From the NCBI RefSeq assembly GCF_016432865.1, contig NC_067398.1, positions 84,630,001 to 84,694,000 of the forward strand: 64,000 nucleotides of DNA, read 5' to 3'. Positions 1-11,825 of this stretch are shown in pieces (within the stretch, counting starts at the first letter, position 1; each line of letters opens with the position of its first letter). Origin of the DNA: Antechinus flavipes. Taxonomy: Eukaryota. The notes beneath the pieces were generated by a model. It was given only the letters and a program-made list of their open reading frames with translations. It was not told where the DNA came from and searched no databases. Made by a program: the position numbers and the translations under genes.

Positions 1-784
1 GTGTTTATGCCACCACAACACAGCAGGACTTAGAAAGTCATTGCAAGGTATCTCTACTAATTCCTTTAGAGATAGCCTTTGGCTCAGGGCCCTTTTCAAA
101 ACTCATGGAGTTCTTATTACCAATCTTTATTACCCAGAAGGTGCTGTTTGGATCAGAGGAGAAGATGAGTCAGACAGGAGGGAAATACTTAGCACTGGCA
201 GAACTTAACTGTTTAACTAAGTTTTATTTGAATCTCTCATTGTCCATGCTTATTAACCAAATAAGTTAGGAAGCCCAGGGCACATTGGAAACTCACTGTC
301 CTGAAACTAGGGTTAAGAGTTGTCTTCAAAAGACTGAACTTGTTGGAACAAAGTTCAGGACTGGGCCATGAGAAATGGAACAGCGAATGTTTGGAAGTGG
401 CTTTCAAGGAAAGAACAGAAAAAGAATCAAGAAGGAATAGAGGAGTAAGGACTCAAGGTCTAAAGGAAAGAAGCACAGTCCCAAGAAAGACTGTAGAAAA
501 GTTTGGGGAATATAGTTACAGTGTAAGCCAAAGGTATCAAAATCTTAGGTAAGACTCCTGACTGTCAGTGGACTCAGATAAAAATGTAATTGTGTAATAT
601 TTAACAGGATAAATAAAAATACAATGAATAACCATATTTTAAAACTAAGTCAATATGAAGCCTACAAGAATCTTTATATATGGATCTGACCCCAGTTTCT
701 GTTTGTTTGACACCACTGATATAGGCAATGAAAGATCACTTGGGAAAGTGAAGGAAGAAGAAATTGCAAGAGATTTCAATAGTC

Positions 785-1015
785 TGGACAGCCAAGTAAC
801 ATAGTGAGTACAGTGCCAGGAAGACATGAGTTCAAATGTGACTTCAAACACATACTAACTGGCTGACCTGGGTAAGTCATTTCACCCTTGTTTGCCTCAG
901 TTTCCTCATCTGTAAAATGAGCTGGAGAAGAAAATAGCAAACCAGTCCAGTATCTTTGCCAAGAAAACTTCATATGGGATTACAGTGTCAGACATGACTG
1001 AAACTACTGAAAAAC
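785..1015 (+). mobile_element. MAR1-like CORE-SINE with RTE-type tail
   Basis: Core ...cctcagtttcctcatctgtaaaatgag followed by ctggagaagaaaatagcaaaccagtccagtatctttgccaagaaaac...gacatgactgaa, the recognisable MAR1 3' tail. Boundaries approximate. Confidence 0.75.
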
Positions 1016-1879
1016 AGAAAGAATCCTTGGGAGAGATCACAATGCCATGAGGGTGAGGGGACACAAATGAGTCGGCAAGAGAGCAGAAACAACACTGTCC
1101 CAGTGAGGGTCTGGACAGATGCAGAAATGGCTCTGGGGGCACCACAGGGAAAAGAATAGTTCTGAGCAGAGGTCACTTGTAAGGGCCAGAGTGGTCACAC
1201 TGAGGTGAGTGGAAGAGGGATGGTAAGGGCGCAGGGTGGCCATCATCCTGTCACCAAAGGAGTGCGGCTGAGGAGAGTGAAGGGGGATGAGGGGATGGGA
1301 GGGCTGCGGGGTCTTGGGGGGCTTTGGGGGAGGTAATGAAGGTTGGGAGGGTCACTGTGAAAAATAATAGGCACCCGTTTGGACTAAGTAAGAGGTCCCC
1401 GCGAGAGAAGGGTCCCAGTGACCCGCAGGGAGTTTCGGGGGACACGAAGGGAGGGAGATGACGGAGAGGCTGAGGAAAGAAGGGGGGCACAAGATGAGGG
1501 CTGGGGAGTGACACAAGGGGGTACCTCCCAGGGAGGGAGCACGCTGACAGCTGAGAAGGTGCTGGGGAGGACTAGGGTCACACCAGAGGTCACGGGGACC
1601 CTCAAAGCCGGAGGTGCCCACTAACAAGGGGGGAAGGCAAGTTATGGGGATGGGCAGCGATGCGGAGGTTATCAGAGAAGAGGGTAGGGTGACAAGGGAA
1701 AGACTGTAGTTGGGAGAACTCGGGTGAGAGGTCACCGCGAGGAGACATAGAACAGGTGAAGGGGGAGGTCACAGGGCAGGAGACCCAGGGGGCAGGGAAG
1801 TCCCGCTGAGGGGACACTGAGAGCGGGGAGGAGAGGGGAGAAGAGAGCCGCCCCCCCTCCCAGGGGTTAAGAGCGAAGA

Positions 1880-2420
1880 GAGGAGAGAGACACGGTGAGA
1901 GGACATCCTGAGGAAAGGCGAGGGAAGGGTCGACGCCACCCACTCGTCCCCCAGCCGACGGACTACGGCAGCCTGGCCGGCCTCGGGAACCCGCCGACCC
2001 CGCCTCCCCGACTCCGGGGCCTCCCCGGGTCCCCGCGCCCGTCCCGGCCGCCACACTCACCCTTCGCTTCGGCGCCTCGCATAACATCCGCCCGGCCGCT
2101 ACGGCTACGGCTCCCGGCTCAGGCCAAACCGCAGCCACAAGCGAAGCAAGCGTTGAGCCGCGCGCTCCCGGAGCCACGCCTTCCATCTCTCTTCTACCTC
2201 CCGCCACGCCCTCCTAGTCCCGGCCCTCCCCAACCTCTTCCCCCGCCCTTCGCTCCGTAAGCCACGCCCCCATCCAGTCTCTACTTCCTGTCTCCGAGTC
2301 CCGGCAGAAGCCACGCCCTTCCTTGCTCTCCTTTGGTCGGAAGCCCAACTCTCTATTTCGCCTCTTCTCCTTCCCCCGCCCTCTTATCCCTAAGCCCCGC
2401 CTTCTCCCCGCCATCCTGCC
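1880..2420. promoter_or_regulatory. CpG-island promoter of the minus-strand gene
   Basis: Dense CpG in an otherwise CpG-poor sequence. Four GCCACGCC KLF/SP-type boxes at 2173, 2203, 2261 and 2310, and an ETS-like ACTTCCTG near 2283. Confidence 0.8.
2061..2200 (-). other. RNF123: Probable non-coding first exon of RNF123 (TSS approximate)
   Basis: Consensus donor on - (AAGG|GTGAGT, intron starting at 2060) inside the CpG island. Identity rests only on head-to-head synteny with MST1; no RNF123 coding exon is in the window. Confidence 0.55.
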
Positions 2421-2928
2421 TATCTCCTCTCTCCACTGGAGATGTGCCGGCCCTTTGGCTTTCCTGGGAGGGAGGCTGAGCCCGGTCCCACACTATTTCT
2501 GGAGGGCTGAGCTAAGAAGCAAGTTCCTTTGAGGTTTAGCAGTCAGTCAAGAAATAATTATTAAACGCCTATTACCGTGTTTCCCCGATAATAAGACACT
2601 GTCTTCTTATTTTTTTGGACAGAAAAACACCAGAGGGCTTATTTTCAGGGGAGGGCTTATTTTAATGAACATTGACAGCAATTTTAATAAACAGGTAAAT
2701 GTGAACAAAAAAAAGTACCTTTATTCAATAATGATCATGTCATCTTCTTCAACAACATCGTCATAAGTGTCCATACCCTGAATTCCGTCCTGGATGTCTT
2801 GCGCCTCTATTTCCTTCAGAAGAAGTGGACCCAATCTGTCATGTCCAGCAATATAGCTCTCTCTAAATGAACACGTCTTGTCCAGGTAACCTGCTCACAG
2901 TGCCTTGGCGACACAGCTGTCAGTAATT

Positions 2929-3400
2929 TTATCCCGACTTCTTCACCCAAGTCAGGACTTCTTGCAGACAGGGCTTCACAAAGTTTCCACGCTGATTTCT
3001 TTCCATTCTACTTTCAATGTAGTCACTGACTTCCATTCGCAAATGGTCCTTGAATGGCTTGTTTATTGCAATATCAAGGGTCTGGAGATAGGCAGTCATT
3101 CCTGCAGGAATCATTACTTGATCTATTCTTCTCTCTGCAAGGAAGTTCTTCGTTTCTTTAGCGCAGTGAGTGCTGGCTGAATCCCAGATTATCAGACCTC
3201 TTTGGTTATCTCGCATAACAAGTGGCAGCATTAAATCAGCCCACTTTCTTATAACGGCTTGTGTACACTAGGCTTTTTCCGTTTCAAGAACGTAAATGCC
3301 TGAGATGTTCATTCTTATCTTTCTTGCCCTTACTGATGATTAGAGGCGTGGCTTTCTTTCCATCCAAACGAATTGCCAACACACAGGTGACCCGTGCAGA
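2929..3400 (-). pseudogene. Disrupted pogo-type DDD transposase catalytic fragment
   Basis: ORF 2929..3231 carries WDSASTH and LQTLD..NKPFK motifs. The upstream RVTCVLAIRLD segment is in another frame. Confidence 0.85.
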
Positions 3401-3440
3401 CAGAATAATAAAATTATGACCATCAGTCCTTCTTTTCACT

Positions 3441-3822
3441 CCATCATGCCCCTCAATAATGTTTTAACTCCATCATGCTCCCTGAGTGCTCCTTCTATCC
3501 TCCATGATGCCCCCTGAGTTCTTCTTCTATCCTCCATCATGCCCCTTTTATCCTCCATCATGCCCCCTGAGTTCTTCTTTTATCCTCCATCATGCCCCCT
3601 GAGTTCTTCTTCTATCCTCCATCATGCCCCTTTTATCCTCCATCATGCCCCCTGAGTTCTTCTTTTATCCTCCATCATGCCCCCTGAGTTCTTCTTCTAT
3701 CCTCCATCATGCCCCTTTTATCCTCCATCATGCCCCCTGAGTTCTTCTTCTATCCACCATCATGCCCCCTGAGTTCTTCTTTTATCCTCCATCATGCCCC
3801 CTTTATCCTCCATCATGCCCCC
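3441..3822. repeat. Minisatellite (32-bp and 21-bp CTCCATCATGCCCC units) inside the transposon
   Basis: About 14 copies of the CCATCATGCCC core. Spacing is 21,32,32 repeated from 3534 to 3810. Confidence 0.95.
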
Positions 3823-4122
3823 TCACTCCCGCTTACATACCGGGGTTTTATGTTGTCCTGCCTCAGCTCTCCTCCCCAGCACTGCTCTCAATGGCACCAG
3901 CAAGCAAATCACTAGGGAAGAACAGGATGAGGCGCTCACTGCCCCAGGGCGGGGGGTGCATACAGAGGGTACCGTAATGTAGCATGTAGCGCAGGGGATC
4001 ACCTTCACTACAGTAGCAATCTCAATAGGGCTTATTTTCGGGGGAGGGCTTATTTTAGAGGAATCTTACATAGTAAGGAGAGGGCTTATTTTTGGAATAG
4101 GTCTTATTATCAGGAAACACGG

Positions 4123-4200
4123 TATGTGTCGGGTGCACTGTGCCAAGCTCTAGGAATACAAAAGACAGTACCTGCTCTCAAGGAGCTTGGTCTACAGGCA
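4123..4200 (-). mobile_element. LINE2 3' end split by the DNA transposon (other piece about 2545..2574)
   Basis: Joining the flanks gives ttattaaacgcctatTAtgtgtcgggtgcactgtgccaagctctaggaatacaaaagacagtacctgctctcaaggagctt, a typical antisense L2 terminus. Confidence 0.75.
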
Positions 4201-5559
4201 AACCACTGTATGCCAAGATGGGTATGGAATAATATGGAATAAATAAATTAGAGAAAATTAATAGAGTGGGGTTGGGGGGGGGAAGGGAGGATGATTCTCC
4301 TACCTGACTGCTCCTTCTCCAAAGCATGCCCCTTACCCGTCGGACCTCAGGATTCTGTCCTGTGCCCCTTTTCCCCCTACTCTACTCCGCTTGATGATCT
4401 CAGCAGCTCCACTTATTTAATTACCTTCTCTAGGCCAATGATTCTCAGGAATACCCATCCTGCCCCAGCCTCCCTGCAGACCCCCAATCTAGAATTGGAT
4501 CTGACGTGTGAAACTCAAACGTGTCCAAAATAAGTCATTACCTTTCCCCTAAACCTTTCCCGATCCCGTCTAACGTATTAATCGCCAGCCCTTCCAGTCC
4601 TTGGTCTTGTATGCTCACAACTCTCCGCCACCGCCACTTTGCCCATGTCATCTCCCACCTGGAGTATTACAATAGCCCGAAGATGCGTCCACCTGCCTCA
4701 AGTCTCTCCCCACACGAATCCATCCTCCCTTCAGCTGCTAAAGTGACTTTCTAACCCCATTTCAGATAGTTTTCAGGAATTCGGGTTCTTTAGTCAGCAC
4801 CAGGAGAAAAAAGGACAAAAGAATATATTAGCACAGGGTATTCTACTAGCTTTTGCTGGTTGCCTGGATGGTAACTCATAAAACGCAGAGTCCCATAGCT
4901 CTTGTTAAGAAGCATCCTGTCTATCTGAGCAGATGCTAACTGAAAAGCGATCCTGAAGAGGTTAGCCAAGATTAGATACCCAGACAATAGGATGGACTGC
5001 TTTTTAAGCCCTTGGTCCTAGTGGCTGCTCGATTCTTTCTACATCTCAGCCTTTTATTACTTAAACCATTCCCTTACTCTTCTATTCACAAAATAATAAT
5101 GTAGCGGCAAGGTGTCCCGCAAACTGGATACATTATAACTCATGTTACTTAAACTGAGCCCTCACCGAAGCAAGGCAGATCTTTGTTCTGCCTTCATTTA
5201 TTTCCTCTCTCACTTGCCACAAAAGCTATTAGAAACTTTCCCTTCCCTACTCAAATCTGCTACATCTTATCATCCATGCAATCATGCCAGGGGAAGATAC
5301 TGGCTCTTTACTGAGAAAACTTAAGTCTACTAGATATGAACTCCTTCCCTGTTCTCTTCCTCTCAATAATAATAGCTAGCATTTAAAAGTTTAAAGTGCT
5401 TTAAAGTTTGGAAGATGCGGATTGTATTTAATCCTCACAACAATCCTGTGAGGTAGGTGTGATTTTTAATTGTCTCAAAAATAAAACAAAACAAAAAACA
5501 TGAGTAAAGTGAGATACAGAAAGATGGTGACTTGCCTAGAGTCTCACAACTAGTAAGTG

Positions 5560-6045
5560 GTTGAATCAGGACTCCAGTTCAGGTCTTCCTGTTTTCATGT
5601 ACAGAACTATCTCCAATATATCATCCCCCTTACCATCCTTTCCTATTCTCTTTTCTTTCCCTGTCTCCATTAAAGAGATGGCTCTTCTTGCCAAGGCCAA
5701 CTCATTTGTATATTCCCTTAATCCCATGTCCTCTGGTCATCTCCAGCATATTTCATCCTCAATCATTCCCTGTTCTCTTGCAGCTTCAATTTTTATCTAC
5801 TGGTTTCTTCCCTGTTTCTTTCAAATATGCATATTTGCCCCAATGCTTCAAAAACATTAGTCCTTGTCATCCCCTCAAGCTACCATTTCTTTCTTCTCTT
5901 TTCAACCAAACTTTTGAAAACAATTATCTCCATTCACAATGACCATTCTTTGTCACTCTTCAAGCCTTTATAGACTGGTTTCCAACTTCATCACCCAATT
6001 AAAACTGCTCTCCAAAATTACCAATGACCTCTTAATGGCCAGATC
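5560..6045 (+). mobile_element. Old LINE2 fragment (continues about 7152..7350)
   Basis: aaactgctctccaaaattaccaatgacctcttaatggcc is L2-like. The segment after 7152 ends in an L2 terminus (gcacagcacctggcacaaagtaagcacttaat). Confidence 0.6.
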
Positions 6046-7151
6046 TGATGAGGGTAGGGTCGTGTGGCAGGGATGTGTTAGAATCCTAGTGTTAACTCAG
6101 TGGAATTGATACAATGCTTATTGGTTCACACATTAGAGCAAATACTTACAAAGTGTTAAGTGACTAGTATTGGTAGAAACAATGCTTGAGTTTACACCTT
6201 TGAGAATTCACACATTGGCTCACACATTGGAGTTCACAAGTAAGGGAGATACACAGTTAACTTTGTAACTTTGTGAATTCACACCTCCCATAATTCCATT
6301 CTCAGAGGAGAAGTCAACCTTTGAGTTCACACCTCTAAAAGAGCATAAAAAGGAGCTGAGTTAGTGAAGTCAGTCAGTTCAGAAGATTGTCGACAGAGAG
6401 GAGAGCATCAGTTGGAGATTGAGAAGCCACAAATCGGAGTTGAGCTAGAGGCAGAAGCTGAAAGAGCTAAAAGACAAGCTGCAAGAGCTCTTGGAACCAA
6501 GGAAGGAGAGAGGCCTCTAAGAAAGCTAACCAGGCCCAAGGAAAGAGATAAGATTTGGAAGGAGAAAATAAACGTTTGGATTTTATCAGCATTTGGAGTG
6601 ATTATTACTTTGAACTGAAACTAAGGCTGCCTCCAGAAAACCTCCCCAAGAAACCTGCTTCCAGAGAGACCTATCATATATTATACAAAAGAAGAAAACA
6701 CCACAGGATGGGTGTGTGATCCTGGTTCTCCAAGGCACCAACGTATGGGCAGGCTCTAAGTGAAGGAAATTCACTTATTCAAAAGGTTGTGATAAAAAAG
6801 GCTTTTATTGTTTGAAAGACACCAAGATAATGCTTGAGCAGGCAATTATCATTCTCAAGAGAGAAGTGATTTTTGCAAAGAAATATTTTCTGAAGGCCTA
6901 CTTTATACAGAGATAGAATAATAGAACAGAATAGGCAAGACTACTTAAGTTTGTATATGAAAGGGCATATTCTCTGGATATTCCTCTTCCTGGCTCCAGA
7001 GGATGTGGGACCATCTAGGTTTGTATATGAAAGGAGTCATTCTCTGGAAGTTCTTCCTGGTTACAGAGAATGTAAGTTCCTTTAAGTCTGTATAACTTTT
7101 TGTTGGTGATTTTACATAACTTTACAGAGCTGTCTGGTTTCCCTCTCATCA
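6046..7151 (-). mobile_element. Possible older solo LTR, interrupted by a second LTR
   Basis: Ends TGATGAG...CTCATCA are inverted 7-mers. TTTATT near 6803 and an internal ~70-bp direct repeat at 6940-7075. No TSD found. Confidence 0.45.
6076..6705 (+). mobile_element. Solo LTR, 630 bp
   Basis: TG...CA ends with an exact 5-bp TSD GGATG (6071-6075 and 6706-6710). Internal GAGTTCACAC-type repeats, TATA-like GCATAAAA near 6343 and AATAAA near 6567. Confidence 0.72.
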
Positions 7152-9088
7152 GTTTCACAAAATACCTTACATGTAACTACTTTGTATTTATTTACTTTAT
7201 GTTTATGCTGTATATATGTATGTGTGTATTTGTTATTTTCTTCGTTAAATTATAAGCACTTTGAGAACAAGGACTGTCCTTTTTCTCGATTGTATTTCCA
7301 ATGCTTTGCACAGCACCTGGCACAAAGTAAGCACTTAATATTTATTAAATTGAGTTGAATTTCATTCTTTATCCTTTTATCTTCAGCACCTACCACAGTA
7401 TTTGATAATAGTAGAATGATTGATTAGTTAGTTGATATTAAAAACTCTGTAACTTTAGAGGTATAAAGTTGCCACATTTGGGCCATGACTACACATGCTC
7501 CAAAGTGGGAGCCTTCTATTTGTGCTCCTTAGTCACAGGTGTCCTTTGCTTTCCTATATGTGTCCTTTTCTCCCTGCTACATTCTCTGTGTGCATGGCTT
7601 CCCTTACCTCTAGGGGGGAATAAAAGATCATTTTCCATATTTTTTTTAAACTAGGCTGTTTGATTAAATGTCTTTTGCTTTAGACTAATTCACTCTCTGG
7701 TTAACTAGTAAAAGTAAGCACATCAATGGGAGCTTATGAAGTGTGATTTTGTGTGGTTGCTCATCCTTCCTATGTCTTTAACCAGAGGCAACTTTCCAAG
7801 GATTTATTTGTGAAGGGAGCACCACAAGTAACACTAAAGTCTTATTCTGTGACTCTTAAAGCACTGAGGGCCAGAAATCAGATCTGAATCAGCAAATTCA
7901 TTTACAGAAGCATAGAATGTCAGAATCAAGAATCACTCTGTAATACAGAACAATCATAGACTTTTAGGTTGTAGGATCAACATTTTCAACTTACAGATGA
8001 GGAAACCAGTCTAGAGGAAGGTAGGGAGGGGTGACTGGTCCAAGGACACACAAATCCAAAAAAACAAAGTAGCCTTGTGACTCCAAATTCAAGGAACTTC
8101 CCATTATATTAATTTACTTCTTTCATTTCCTGCTTCCCTCATCATTTCCCATAAACCCCAAATGTGTCTTTGTTGACTCATTTCATATCAAATTTTGCCT
8201 AAAAATCTCTTTTGTTCACCTCAATCACCCCCACGCTAAAATTATTTATAGTCTAATGTTTATTCTCCTTCATGGGATTGTAAGTTCCTTTATAGCAGGG
8301 TCTGTATTTTATCTGTCCTTATATCCCACTTAGACCCCTGCCTATGATAAGAACTTAATAAATATTCATTAAATTGAACAACATTGAAGAGAATTAGCAT
8401 GAGGGCAGGGAGGAGACAGTCATTCACTCCTTGTTGAGCTAAGATCTGTTGAGAGTCTGTGCATGTAGGGTGGGTATGAACGAAGAGGGTCCTTGGGAAT
8501 AACTCTATCCTCTATCTAGTAGCTGATAAAAGCTCTGACATGGGGTGATGACAAGGCTGATCCAACTAAGACAGGAAGGATACTCAGTAGGCAAGACAAA
8601 GCAAATCAACAAGGATTTATAAAATGTCAGGCACTTTGCTAAATGCTGCAGGTATAAAAAAGGGCAAAAATAGGATCCCTCTCAGATATTTACCACTTCC
8701 CAGCTGTGTGATCCTGGGCAAGTCACTTAACCTCAACTGCCTAAAAAAAAAAAGCATCCCTGCCCTCAAAAAGCTCATGTACTAATGGAGAAGGGTAAAT
8801 GGAATTAAGATCTATACAGAGAAATTGGAAAAACTGCCTTCCAGATCCTTCAGGTTCTTAATTCTGTTTTCTTTTATATTCCCATTTTTCCTATAAAGCA
8901 AGAAGATTTGCTCAATTGCAATTTCCTGAAGAAGAGGGAAGAAATTAAATCCAGAAATGTTTAGCAACTTGCCTAACCTACTGGGATTTAGAACTCCAGA
9001 CTTCCAGTTTTAAGGGGCTTTCTCAGGGAACATTTATCTCCCAGAGGTAGCAGAAGGGAAGAGTTGCAGAAAGTGGGGATGTGTACTT

Positions 9089-9635
9089 TGAGGAGGTTGG
9101 GGTAAGACATATAGTTGTAGGGCTTTTAAGAGAAAGATGAATTGACATTGATGCAGGTGTGGTCCTTTAAAGAATTGACTTACTCCTTTCTTTCTGGCGC
9201 CCAACCCCTCCTAGTTGATGCATTATCAATTCAGGACCTGTTGATTCACAAATCCTGGTCCCTTTGAATTCCAATAGAAGATTCGGACCTGTCTCAGCCC
9301 CCATCCCCAGCCTTACACCTGGCATGTCAGGACTTTCTGTCCACTGGATCCTCTGTCCAGTGCCCTTCTTATCTCTACCTTTGCCTATTTCCTTAACTAT
9401 GCTTTAACCTTGCTTCCAAACCCCATAATAAACATCTTTTATTAATCTAGCTTTTCCAATAAATGCTTTTAGTAGGGACTTGCACCGCTACTAGACTTCA
9501 TTTACCACTGTATCCTTGTGCCAAACCCAGGGGGGTTGCTGGGGAACTCCATTTGACTCCCTGTACCCCAAACCTGCCACTAGAGCTCAACTAAACCCTA
9601 ATTTCATTTAGGTACCCTATATCTAGACCTCATCA
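9089..9635 (+). mobile_element. Probable solo LTR
   Basis: TGAGGAGG...CCTCATCA ends, AATAAA twice in the 3' half, and an imperfect 4-bp flank match ACTT/ACAT. Confidence 0.5.
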
Positions 9636-9878
9636 ACATCATTGACTTAAATCTGCAAGGATCAATAGAGAATTTAGCCCAAATCTCATATTTAACAGAT
9701 AAGGGAACAGGCCCAGAAAAGTTTAACCACATAGTAAGTAGCAGAACTAGGATTTGTAACCAAAATTTCTGTCTCCAAAAAACTTTCTCTCCTCCATGCT
9801 GTCTCTCATTTGTTGTGCTCTTAAAAGAGGAGGAATGGAGTAGAAGTAGTGGGAAGACAGATGGATCAGCATAAGGAA

Positions 9879-10434
9879 TGTTGTGCCACAGTCTCCTCTA
9901 AGTGTTCTGCCTCAATTTCCCTAAATTGTTCTGCCTCAGTTCCTTGAATTGTTCTGCCTCAATCCCCCTGGTTGCAAGCCCCCTTTTCTGCTCATTAGAA
10001 CTAAGATAATTAGGGCTGGGGAGATCTGGCATTCCAAAAGAGAAAGCTCCAGATGTCCTATCTCAGATACCTAATTGATATCTCTAAGTCCCAGACTTTC
10101 TGACTCTAGTTGGATACCTCCTAAGTCTTCCCAATTAGTAAGAATTTATGGTCTTACCCTCCAAACTGTCAGAACTGGATTGATGATCCCTTCTTGGAGA
10201 TCATCAGAGTTTGGACTCCACCCACACACCCCCCATAACCCCCTCCCCGCCTTGGATTCTACCCTGATAGCTTTAGAGCCATGTGTATATATATTTCATA
10301 GTAAACTCACATTCCCTATTGGATACTTTGAGACATCAGCCCTGGGGGCAACATGTCCCCAGCACAATCTCTCCCTCTCAAATAAAATATTAAAAATTCT
10401 CTAATCTCCATCTTGCCTCAGTTTCTCTGGCATT
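9879..10434 (+). mobile_element. Probable solo LTR
   Basis: Starts TG, has triplicated TGTTCTGCCTCA, AATAAA near 10381 and ends ...gcctcagtttctctggcatt. Flanked by an AAGGAA direct repeat (9873-9878, 10435-10440). Terminal CA is missing. Confidence 0.6.
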
Positions 10435-10577
10435 AAGGAAAAGAATCCTAACAAAATTGTCCTGGATTGATTCATAAAGAAATGTGTTGTTGTTGTTGTT
10501 AATGAATGTACATGAATAATCAGAAAAAAATTTTTAATTGTCCTGGAAAGGACTGTCTCAATAGATAGTAAGTTCTA

Positions 10578-10825
10578 GGGCAGCTAGGAGACACAGAGAT
10601 TAGAATGTCTCAGCTTGGAGTCAGGAAGGCCTGAATTCAAATCCAATTTCAGACACTTATTATCTGTATGACACTGGACAAGTCACTTACTCCAGGTTTT
10701 CTCAGTTTTTTCACCTGTAAAATGAGCTAGAGAAGGAAATGGCAAATTACTCCAATATTTTTGTCAAGAAAACCCCAAATGGGGTCCTGAAGACTGGACA
10801 AGCCTGAAAAGACTGAATAAGCAAT
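10578..10825 (+). mobile_element. Near full-length MAR1-like SINE
   Basis: gggcagctagg... tRNA-like head, CORE, and the tail gctagagaaggaaatggcaaattactccaatatttttgtcaagaaaaccccaaatggggtc. Confidence 0.8.
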
Positions 10826-11825
10826 GTAAATAATAAAGAGGAAAAAAATCAGTTAGTAATCATTCTCTGTTCCCATTTCCACACTAGCAGGAACTGATAG
10901 GCAAGCCTTCCAGTATTGCCTCACAGAAAAACTTCACTATAATCCCATGATCCCATTTCTTAGTAAAGCTGATATTGCCATCTGCTAGAGATGTCATTTA
11001 CAGCAGGAGCATCTCCTGAAAAGGAAGCTTTATCCTTGGTGGTGGGAATGCCCCAGTCAGCATGCCTGAGGGCTAACATACATTCTCCCCACTTCCAATT
11101 CTTTCCCCCTTCCCTTCCCCCCATCTCCCCTGCTGCCAGCATTTCCTCCCCTCTACCCCTCCATCCCATCCTACATACCCTTCAGGTAACTAACAACCTT
11201 ACAGCCCTGCTTCCCCTTGGAAGCTCCCTCCTGGCTCCCTGGTCAGGATAAATAAATTCCTCTCAACTTCCATCACTCCCGAGATTCCTTTTCTGGGGGC
11301 CTTACAGATTACTTGGAAATTTTGACAAGCCTCAGGGAAGCTTAACAACCTTGAAACCTCTCCTCCCCTTCCAGATGTGGACCTTTCCCCTACATTTCTG
11401 TCCCACAAACAATAATTTCAAGAACTTTATAGGGCTGACATTTTTTGAGTTCACAATCCATTTGGCAGAGAAACAGAGAAAGGGAGGAGCTTTGCGGGGC
11501 AGTTCCTAGGTCTTGGACCTTTCTTAAATCTTGTGCCTGGGTATTGCCCAGATGAGAGATTCTCACAAAGATAGATTTCACAATTTTGCTTCCCGGAGGG
11601 AGGGGTGGGGTAAGCATTTTGGGAGAATTGTTTATAAAGTGAAGACAGAAGCCAAGTTATCAGGAGCAGCTCCTATAGGTGGATGGAATGGGAAGAGATC
11701 CCTGGATCCCTTCCCATTAGCCCAGCCCTACTGGATCTTTTTCCCTAAGGCTCCCCTCGAGTCCCTCCCCTGCCCTTGGTCCAGGCTCGTGACCAGAGGC
11801 AAATGTGTTTTGAGATTGAACAGTG

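Larger units (their letters stand above)
2575..4122 (-). mobile_element. Tc1/mariner-superfamily (pogo/Tc2-like) DNA transposon, internally deleted
   Basis: TIRs CCGTGTTTCCCCGATAATAAGAC (2575) and GTCTTATTATCAGGAAACACGG (ends 4122). TA duplication at 2573-2574 and 4123-4124. Frameshifted DDE_1-type remnants on -: SARVTCVLAIRLD... and ...IIWDSASTH...IPAGMTAYLQTLDIAINKPFK. Confidence 0.92.

Noticed and set aside
1602-2260. ORFs of 201 aa (-) and 121 aa (+) over the CpG island
   Set aside because: GC-rich sequence lacks stops by composition. The - ORF crosses a consensus donor and resembles no protein I know.
3441-3822. Regular repeat array considered as CRISPR-like
   Set aside because: No unique spacers, and it lies in a eukaryotic transposon; it is a minisatellite.
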